Assembly (NCBI GenBank): GCA_964014485.1 | Contig: CAXHAT010000205.1 | Coordinates: forward strand, 1 to 13,614 | Length of the DNA stretch: 13,614 nt | Reading direction: 5' to 3' | DNA from: an uncultured Deferribacteres bacterium | GTDB taxonomy: Bacteria > Zhuqueibacterota > Zhuqueibacteria > Zhuqueibacterales > Geothermadaptataceae | Shown: positions 7,346-13,614 of the stretch, piece by piece | Layout: every line of letters begins with the position of its first letter | Position numbering within the stretch: the first letter of the stretch is position 1 | Notes under the pieces: model-generated | Told to the model about the DNA's origin: nothing | The model's database searches: none | What the model saw: the letters and a program-made list of their open reading frames with translations, nothing else | Program-made: the position numbers and the translations under genes

Positions 7346-8710
7346 TTAATTACGTTCCTGCGTATTCAGTTTCGCCAGTTCGAGCATCAGTTTTTCAAGC
7401 TCTTTGTAAAAATCTTCTTCGGCCATTTCGCTTTTCTTCTCCTGCAGCGCCTTGACTTTAGCGAGAATAGCTTGCTTTTCCGGCGAGGCTGGCTGAGCCG
7501 CCGCACGCGTTGAATCGCTCGTACCGGCAAATTGCGCGCGACGTTCTTGTTGGAAATAAAAGCTTGAAGCGAGAGCGCCGTCTCCGGTGAGCAAGTCCGG
7601 CGTTTCGGAACCAACCCCGTCGCCGTCATCGTCGAGCAGAGGATGCTCTGCGCGCAATTCTTTTTTCTGATCGTACTCGCTGATGAGATTATCACGGGTA
7701 AAAATGAACGCTTCCGTCACGGAAAGTATGCCGTCTTTGTTGAGATCGGCTTCGTTGTCTTTTCGCAGGGCGTCGATGAAATGATCGGCAAAGCGAGTAA
7801 TATTTCGTTCCATGCCGTTCCGCGTCGCCGTGACGATAACGCGCTCTTCCCGGCTCAATTTTTCAAGAAAAGGGCCGCTGGCGCTGGCCATGTTGATGAA
7901 GAGCACTTTTTGTGTCGGCAGTTTGTCGAAAACATTGGCGAAATCAACATCGCGCAGGTCGGGGCCGGTGATGTTAACTTTCGCCCATTCGCCGTCGAAG
8001 GAGCCGTGCCCGAGTATGAAAACGAGCAGTTGGTCGTCGGTCTTCAGATCTTTTGACAATTCTTCAAAGCGAGTCTGGATATTTTGAGCGGTGTTTTCCG
8101 GGTGGAGGTCAAAAGTGTCCGGCGCTTGCTCAGTAAATAAGAAAACATCGTCTTTTTCATAACTATAGCGATCTATCAGAAGGGCGGAAATCATCGCTCC
8201 TTGTTCGAAAAAACGCTCGACAAACTCAATCTCGCCGCCGGAGCCCGCGATAATAACGACTTTTTTGTCGGCTTTTAAAGCGGAAATCTGAAACAGAAAA
8301 ACAAGCGCGGTAACTAAAAACGCAAAGCGTTTAAAAATCCCCCCTTTGAAGGGGACTAGATGGATGTAACGAGCATTGCCGACTGGTGAACAGTCGACGC
8401 GATGCTCCGAATTTTCGATTTTTTTTCGTCCGAAAGCAGTCGTTTTCCTAAACGCAGACGCTGCTACATCCTTCCGCCCTCCCCTTTTAGAGGCAGGCTT
8501 TTCCTTTTTGCTCGAAAGCGCCGCTTCTGTCATACCCGCCTGCACGGGTATCCAGCTTTTGGGCGCCGTTGTCTGGATACCCGCCTGCGCGGGTATGACA
8601 CGGCGGATTACGCTCAGATTTTCAAAAAACCTACCCTTGAAAGCCTGCATCTCTTCTAAGGGGGGAGTTTTCGGCGCTTTGCAAGCTTTATTCTTATAAA
8701 AATTCATCAT
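7346..8710 (-). CDS. Exported caspase/peptidase C13-fold protein lacking the catalytic Cys, with a repeat-derived N-terminal extension
   Basis: VVIIAGSGG, FILGHGS, FINMASASG, IVTAT and an EF-hand-like DLNKDGILSVTE. Signal-like segment KRFAFLVTALVFLFQISALKA. ATG 8710 overlaps the upstream TGA (ATGA). The start is uncertain. Confidence 0.7.
   Translation of the reverse strand: MMNFYKNKACKAPKTPPLEEMQAFKGRFFENLSVIRRVIPAQAGIQTTAPKSWIPVQAGMTEAALSSKKEKPASKRGGRKDVAASAFRKTTAFGRKKIENSEHRVDCSPVGNARYIHLVPFKGGIFKRFAFLVTALVFLFQISALKADKKVVIIAGSGGEIEFVERFFEQGAMISALLIDRYSYEKDDVFLFTEQAPDTFDLHPENTAQNIQTRFEELSKDLKTDDQLLVFILGHGSFDGEWAKVNITGPDLRDVDFANVFDKLPTQKVLFINMASASGPFLEKLSREERVIVTATRNGMERNITRFADHFIDALRKDNEADLNKDGILSVTEAFIFTRDNLISEYDQKKELRAEHPLLDDDGDGVGSETPDLLTGDGALASSFYFQQERRAQFAGTSDSTRAAAQPASPEKQAILAKVKALQEKKSEMAEEDFYKELEKLMLELAKLNTQERN
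8335..8501. repeat. Degenerate inverted pair of CCCCTTTGAAGGGG...GGATGT repeats enclosing a further hairpin
   Basis: 8335-8370 AAATCCCCCCTTTGAAGGGGACTAGATGGATGTAAC resembles the reverse complement of 8463-8501, AAAGCCTGCCTCTAAAAGGGGAGGGCGGAAGGATGTAGC. An internal hairpin GAGCATTGCCGACTG/CAGTCGACGCGATGCTC lies at 8371-8407. Confidence 0.55.
8528..8600. repeat. Inverted REP-like doublet (two ATACCC-N8-GGGTAT palindromes)
   Basis: 8528-8555 TGTCATACCCGCCTGCACGGGTATCCAG and 8573-8600 CTGGATACCCGCCTGCGCGGGTATGACA are inverted copies with a 17-nt spacer. Same family as 994-1020. Confidence 0.9.
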
Positions 8711-11076
8711 GACAATCCTTTCGCTCTGCGCACAAACCACTCTATACCCAGCAACAAAATGACGGCAATAAACACCGCCGGAGAATCCCACAAATCGCGT
8801 TCAACGGTTTTGGAGTAACTGGATTCCGCGACGACCAACTCGTCCGCAATGTCTTCAGCGTCGGTAATGTGCTGGTACTTGCCGCTGGAAATTTCAGCAA
8901 TGCGCTGCAATAAATTCTCACGCAAATCCGGGCGTGCAAACTCGCGCTGTTCATCGCCGACATAAAACGCCGCTGTACTCGCGCCAAGAAACCGGCCTTT
9001 CGCGTCATTCGCAAAAACTTCAATTTCATACAAACCCTCGCGATCCGGGACGAATGAGGCTTTGTAGTGGCCGCTGTTTTCTAAATCCGGTACTGCATTC
9101 GCGGGAACAACGCCGCCAACGGGGGGATCGCCTTGCCCGGGCGCGTCAGCGCTTTTCGCGGCAAATGAAAACGGGGTGCGAACTTGTACGGAAATGTTGG
9201 CGTCCCGCACGGCTTCGTAGGTGCTGTCCAAAACGCTGATTTGGATCGAGACGCTTTCGGCAAGGCCGTAATTGTCTTTTGGAATCGTAGCTTCAACAGG
9301 CTCAGGGGCGCTCATTGCTAACCATCGTCCGACTTGCCGCCAAAAGCGTTCGTGACTCATGTCTTCCGAGTGCATCCGCATTTGCCACGCCCAGGTTGAA
9401 GAAGTGGCAATAACCATCGAGCGGCCTCGCCCATATCGCTGCTCGGCAATGATAATTTTTTCGCGATTCGGCTGGCTTAACGGATGGATGCCAAGAACAG
9501 TGGCTCCGGGCTTGGCCGCCCCCACCGGGTTGTAGCCCTTAAGGTCGGCGATGTCGAGCCAGTTTTGCCGATTCGATTTCAAATCATTGGCGAGCTTCAG
9601 CAGCGGCGAGCGAAGACCTTCCGGAGTCAATTGTAATTTAAACGGCGCGATGCGCATTTGGGGCGGGGCGGCTTTGGTCGCTTCTTCCGCCCCCAAAAGA
9701 TAGACCGGCAGAGCTTCCGCGGCCGGGCTGTTTTGCCAACCGCCTTGCGAAAAAGCGCTCGGCCCGCCAATCATCAAAAGCCCGCCGCCGCGCACGGAGA
9801 CAAAATCACGAATCCACTCGTGCTGCCGGTCGGTCAAAACATCAGCGGCCATGCTCCCGATGATGAGCGCATCGTAGGAAAAAAGCTCACTGCGCGTTTT
9901 CGGGAAGCCGTCCGGGTACATGCCTTCGTTATCTATACCTTGGCCGTACCACTTGTTCGTGCCAGTGGCAACCATTGACGACATTTTTAAGTTTTTGTCC
10001 AATTCAATGGCGCGCTTGATATATTTGAAATCTTGCGGGTGCAGCGTTTCAATATAAAAAACTTTACCGACGCGCTCTTCGTTTTTGACCAGAAAATTTT
10101 TCCGGTTGTTGACTTCGATCACTTCTCCGGCGTCCGACTTGACCCGCGCTGTATAGAGCAAATTGCCTTTGCGCGTTGGCTTATGGCCGAGTTCGACACG
10201 GGTGTATTTTTTCTCGAGCTGAACTTGCTTTTTCTGCACCACGCGGCCTTCCTCAAGCAACTCTACGTCTACGCTTTTGCCTTCCATACCCTTTGCATGA
10301 ATCAGCGCCGCCATATCGACGATGTCATTTTCCAGAACGGAGCGAGAAGAAGAAACGCTGGTCAATTGTACGTCGTTGGCCACCTGCGCACCGACGCCGA
10401 CGGTGTAAATTGGAATGCCCAGATTCTTGAACAGTGCAGCGGCTTCAAGCGGATCGCCGTCACGTCGGGATTCGCTGTCTTCCGTCGTTTGCTTTGAAAC
10501 CTGTGCGCCGTCGGAGGCGAGAATAACGGCGGAAACAGGATAGGTTTGTGCCTGGCGTTCCGCAAATTGCAGCGCTTTGACGATTTCCGAATAGGCGCCT
10601 TCCGCGAGCATCGAATCACCCTGTTGCAAAGGGCGCGTCTCATCATTGAAAGTATAGCTGAGAACGTTGAAGTTTTCCTGCAGCGCATCAAAAACGCCGT
10701 CAGCGCCTTCGCCGTTGTACCAATTATTAATTTGTTGAATCCGACTCGGTTCGCCGGAATTGTCTTCCAGCGACATGCTCGAAGAATTGTCCAACAAGAC
10801 GACAACCGAGCCTTTCTTGGGAACAATTGAGGTCACGCTGATGAACGGTTCCGCGATGGCGAGCAAGACGAGCGTAATCGCCAAAGCCTTGATTGCAGCC
10901 AACGAAAACCGAAACAGGCGCGTGGTCGGCGCAATCGTTCGGCTGTAGATAAAAGCGATAACCGCAAATCCAACGACGACGCCAATCGCTAGCCACATGA
11001 AGCCTGGCAAGTAGCGAAAAGTCCACTCTCCATTCTCGTAGACGGCGGGGCTGTATTTAAATAAAAACTCAAACAT
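8707..11076 (-). CDS. Membrane-anchored VWA plus glutamine-amidotransferase-like (DUF1355/GATase1-like) domain protein
   Basis: Two N-terminal TM helices, MIDAS-like LLDNSSSM and ILASDG, IPIYTVGVG, FVSVRGGGLLMIGG, RYGRGRSMV...W.W.M...HERFW, and a C-terminal TM ending IEWFVRR..GL. Confidence 0.8.
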   Translation of the reverse strand: MFEFLFKYSPAVYENGEWTFRYLPGFMWLAIGVVVGFAVIAFIYSRTIAPTTRLFRFSLAAIKALAITLVLLAIAEPFISVTSIVPKKGSVVVLLDNSSSMSLEDNSGEPSRIQQINNWYNGEGADGVFDALQENFNVLSYTFNDETRPLQQGDSMLAEGAYSEIVKALQFAERQAQTYPVSAVILASDGAQVSKQTTEDSESRRDGDPLEAAALFKNLGIPIYTVGVGAQVANDVQLTSVSSSRSVLENDIVDMAALIHAKGMEGKSVDVELLEEGRVVQKKQVQLEKKYTRVELGHKPTRKGNLLYTARVKSDAGEVIEVNNRKNFLVKNEERVGKVFYIETLHPQDFKYIKRAIELDKNLKMSSMVATGTNKWYGQGIDNEGMYPDGFPKTRSELFSYDALIIGSMAADVLTDRQHEWIRDFVSVRGGGLLMIGGPSAFSQGGWQNSPAAEALPVYLLGAEEATKAAPPQMRIAPFKLQLTPEGLRSPLLKLANDLKSNRQNWLDIADLKGYNPVGAAKPGATVLGIHPLSQPNREKIIIAEQRYGRGRSMVIATSSTWAWQMRMHSEDMSHERFWRQVGRWLAMSAPEPVEATIPKDNYGLAESVSIQISVLDSTYEAVRDANISVQVRTPFSFAAKSADAPGQGDPPVGGVVPANAVPDLENSGHYKASFVPDREGLYEIEVFANDAKGRFLGASTAAFYVGDEQREFARPDLRENLLQRIAEISSGKYQHITDAEDIADELVVAESSYSKTVERDLWDSPAVFIAVILLLGIEWFVRRAKGLS

Positions 11077-11080
11077 GGTT

Positions 11081-11135
11081 TTAGGTGTTTAGGCTGTTAG
11101 GCCGTTAGGTGTTTAGGCTGTAGACTATTAGGTTT
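11081..11135 (+). repeat. Tandem array of seven TTAGGnnn units; contains the left arm of a 26-bp inverted repeat
   Basis: TTAGGTGT TTAGGCTG TTAGGCCG TTAGGTGT TTAGGCTG TAGACTA TTAGGTTT. Bases 11110-11135 are the perfect reverse complement of 11508-11533. Confidence 0.95.
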
Positions 11136-11496
11136 ATCTGGAGCAACGCAGATATCTGATCAAAGCTGCGAGTACTTTTTCGGTTTCTGTTATTTTTGCT
11201 TCAAAGGAAATTGTGCTTTCATGACCAGTTAAATATTCTAATCTGACGGCAAGACTGAATTGATAGTGTAATTCACGCAGTGAAGCGAAAGCAATTTCTA
11301 AAAAGCGTAAGTATTCAGTTTGACTTGCCCGCGCACAGCCTTCAACAATGTTTGAAGGAACCGATACCGCCGCTCTCCGCATCTGGGAAGTAAGACCATA
11401 CATCTCCGATTTTGGGAAATTCCGAGTTATTCGATAAATCATAATCGCCAATTCATCCGTCAGCTCAAACGCCCGTAACTTTCTATGGTCTCTCAT
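11134..11496 (-). CDS. Four helix bundle protein (23S rRNA intervening-sequence protein family, TIGR02436/PF05635-like)
   Basis: 120 aa with FPKSEMYGLTSQMRRAAVSVPSNIVEGCAR...YLRFLEIAFASLREL.YQ, the hallmark motif of the family. SD-like AGGGGGT lies upstream of the ATG. Confidence 0.95.
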   Translation of the reverse strand: MRDHRKLRAFELTDELAIMIYRITRNFPKSEMYGLTSQMRRAAVSVPSNIVEGCARASQTEYLRFLEIAFASLRELHYQFSLAVRLEYLTGHESTISFEAKITETEKVLAALIRYLRCSR

Positions 11497-11499
11497 CTT

Positions 11500-11538
11500 A
11501 CCCCCTAAAACCTAATAGTCTACAGCCTAAACAACCTA
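11500..11538 (-). repeat. Tandem TAGG-core units forming the right arm of the inverted repeat
   Basis: The minus strand reads TAGGTTGT TTAGGCTG TAGACTA TTAGGTTT TAGGGGGT. The first TAG is the stop codon of the upstream gene. Confidence 0.95.
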
Positions 11539-13614
11539 CTTTCCTTTCTTGGTTTCAGCAAGCTTGCGATAATATTCTTCAATCAACGCTCGAAATTCCG
11601 GTGGAAGCGGCTGATCTTTCACCGTTTGCAAGGCTTCATCGCCGCGCATGAGTTGCAATTGCGCTTCGATTTCAATTTCTATCCGTCGCAACGGATCAAC
11701 AATTTGCTCGGCGATTTCCTGCAATCTTTTAGGATCGCCGCCGGTGAAGGTGCGCAGATAGCCGCTCAGGTGAACGGAAAGATCGCTGGTCATTTGCTCT
11801 AATTGTTCAAAGCGTCCGCTTTCATCCTGCTCGGAATTCTGCTTCAAGTCGTCTCGCAATTGCTGCAATCTCTGCTTTGCGCCCCAGAGCGATTCGCGTA
11901 ATTCGGAAGCGTCTTCTTTACTCAAGCGGCCGCCTCCGCCGCCTTGCGGTCTGCCGGAGTCTCGCTGCTGTGATTGACCTTCTTCGCCGGATTTTCCACG
12001 CTCGCCTTGTTGGCCGGATTGAGACTCATTTTCGCCTTGCGACTCGCCTTCCTGCTCGCCCTGTGATTGACCTTGTTGTTCGCCTTGCTGCTGTCCGCTT
12101 TCACTGTTTTCAGATTGACCCTGCCCTTGTTGCTTACCCAATTTTTCACGAAGCTTTTCTTCCAGGTCACTGCGCACGTCCTGGAGTTCATCTCGCGCCG
12201 AAGCTAATTTTTCCTGCGAAGATTCGCCAAGACCGTCAGCCAGCTTTTGCGCTTGCTTCGCGCCTTCTTCCAAATCTTCGGCAACGGACTCTTGGAGTAA
12301 TTGCGCGCTGCTGAAGCGTCCGCGCTGTAGTGAAAGATCACTGCGCTGCATTTTGTCCAGCGTCTCCGCTTCCTGCAGCGACTTGGAAAGGTCGCGCATT
12401 TTTTGTTGAAATTCCGGATTTTCCTCGGCGTTGGTTGCGATTTCGCGCATATCATTCATGGCGTTTTCAAGCTTGTCGCGCGCCGCTTGCTGCTGGTCGC
12501 GTTGTCTCTGCGCCTCAGCGATTTGTTCGCGCAGCGCCTCGCGTTTTTCGCGCGTACTGCCGCCGCCCGCCATAATAGAATCAACGGCTTTTTGCAGTCC
12601 GCCGCTCTGCTCGGCAAGTCGTTGCTGCTGCTCGGCAAGATTCTGAAAATCCTGGCTCAAATTGTTGAGTTCATTCTTGGCGGCGTCGCGCTGCGTCTTT
12701 TTGAGACGATCCTCCAGCTTTTTCAAACGATCTAACGCCTGCTGCCCGCTCGCTGCTGCGTTTTGCGGATTGCCTTTTTGCAGATCGCGACTCGATTGAT
12801 TCATCGCGTCAGTCGCTTGTTGCAGATCATTCGCTGCGTCGTTGGCGGCTTGTTGCTGCTTCTGCAACGAATTCTCAACTTGCTGCATCGCCTCCTGAAC
12901 GTCGCGATTCAACTGCTCCTGCTGACGCTGCAACTTTTTGATCTCGCGCTTCTTTTCTTCCTCTTCCAGATCGCGCTGCGACAACATGCGATTCTGTTCG
13001 TTGAGGTTTTGCTGACGACGCGCTAATTCCTTGATCTCTTGCAGCGCATCATTCACCGCCTGCTGCTCTTGAGCGCGATCTCCTTGCTCCAACGACTCAT
13101 ATTTATTGCGCAGCTTGTCTAACTCATCCTGAAACAGACGCGAAAGATCATCGGTATTCTGTTGCGCGCCGCCCCCGCCGCCTCCGCTCTGCGACATTTG
13201 CAAAACGCGTTCGTCGTTGAGAGAATTGGCTTTCATCAAATGATGATACGCCGTTCTTTCCGGCTTCAAAGCGGCTTTGAGAGAATCTTGCGCCAACAAT
13301 TCCTGCGCTTCCTTCATAGCGTCGCGCGCAAGTTCGAATTCCTTTTGCACTTTTTCGTCCGAATCGCCGACAAAACCCATACGCATGTTCATCATTTTAA
13401 TCACGTCCGCAACCGAATCATGCAAATTTTTCTGAGCGTCGTGAATTTTTTCCGTCGATCTCTTTAATTCGTCTTCCGAAATTTCGTCCTCGCGCTGCAA
13501 AAGCTTTTGCGTCGCGGAAATAATGTCGCGCTGGTAGAGGTGGAAATCTTCTCCGCCGGAACCGCCGCCGCCCCCTCCGCCGCCGCCCTGGCTGGTTTGA
13601 GCGCGATAGATCTC
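11536..13614 (-). CDS. 5'-truncated long Gln/Glu-rich coiled-coil protein, DUF4175-like
   Basis: The frame stays open past TTG 13500 to the window edge (EIYRAQTSQGGGGGGGGGSGGEDFHLYQRDIISATQKL). It has extended helical Q/E/K-rich repeats, poly-Gly linkers, a Q/G/E/S low-complexity tract and C-terminal PPEFRALIEEYYRKLA. Confidence 0.75.
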   Translation of the reverse strand, partial: EIYRAQTSQGGGGGGGGGSGGEDFHLYQRDIISATQKLLQREDEISEDELKRSTEKIHDAQKNLHDSVADVIKMMNMRMGFVGDSDEKVQKEFELARDAMKEAQELLAQDSLKAALKPERTAYHHLMKANSLNDERVLQMSQSGGGGGGAQQNTDDLSRLFQDELDKLRNKYESLEQGDRAQEQQAVNDALQEIKELARRQQNLNEQNRMLSQRDLEEEEKKREIKKLQRQQEQLNRDVQEAMQQVENSLQKQQQAANDAANDLQQATDAMNQSSRDLQKGNPQNAAASGQQALDRLKKLEDRLKKTQRDAAKNELNNLSQDFQNLAEQQQRLAEQSGGLQKAVDSIMAGGGSTREKREALREQIAEAQRQRDQQQAARDKLENAMNDMREIATNAEENPEFQQKMRDLSKSLQEAETLDKMQRSDLSLQRGRFSSAQLLQESVAEDLEEGAKQAQKLADGLGESSQEKLASARDELQDVRSDLEEKLREKLGKQQGQGQSENSESGQQQGEQQGQSQGEQEGESQGENESQSGQQGERGKSGEEGQSQQRDSGRPQGGGGGRLSKEDASELRESLWGAKQRLQQLRDDLKQNSEQDESGRFEQLEQMTSDLSVHLSGYLRTFTGGDPKRLQEIAEQIVDPLRRIEIEIEAQLQLMRGDEALQTVKDQPLPPEFRALIEEYYRKLAETKKGK

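Noticed and set aside
8376..8699. + strand ORFs across the repeat mosaic
   Set aside because: Palindromic repeats read open on both strands, and these ORFs oppose the operon direction.
9100..9180. Possible repeat-derived in-frame insertion in the VWA gene (FSFAAKSADAPGQGDPPVGG)
   Set aside because: It looks like an extra loop, but I found no clear palindrome or match to the other repeats. An orthologue alignment is needed.
11134..11496. 23S rRNA intervening sequence or DGR Avd gene
   Set aside because: The flanks are protein-coding genes, not rRNA. No reverse transcriptase or TR/VR pair is visible in the window.
11081..11538. CRISPR array or telomere-like (TTAGG)n tract
   Set aside because: The units are degenerate 7-8-mers without spacers, there are no cas genes, and the tract is internal to a bacterial gene cluster.
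13553..13587. GGC-rich tract as a phase-variable repeat
   Set aside because: It is an in-frame poly-Gly linker with mixed codons, and similar linkers recur in the same protein.

Overview
Bacterial contig end, roughly 50% GC. Bases 1-32 are untrimmed Nextera/Tn5 adapter, so the 'MCIRDS' start of the first ORF is an artefact. The + strand carries the 3' part of an NnrS-like membrane protein gene and a three-gene ABC-2 exporter (ATPase plus two permeases, Rv2688c/2687c/2686c type). The - strand carries two gene runs. The first is GH16 lipoprotein, cysteine desulfurase, folD and a CPBP intramembrane protease. The second is a 5'-truncated Gln-rich coiled-coil (DUF4175-like) gene, a four-helix-bundle gene, a VWA/GATase-like membrane protein and a caspase/C13-fold protein. 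The main interest is the repeat architecture. (i) The AT-richer four-helix-bundle gene is framed by a perfect 26-bp inverted repeat built from TTAGGnnn units and fills the whole gap between two co-oriented genes, like an inserted cassette. (ii) At 852-1093 a 129-bp MITE (12-bp TIRs, 7-bp target duplication) carrying a CGTC/dRS3-type hairpin has split one arm of an older 30-bp inverted repeat. (iii) About 125 codons at the 5' end of the C13-fold ORF are an in-frame mosaic of palindromic repeats. No rRNA, tRNA, CRISPR array, transposase or reverse transcriptase was seen.
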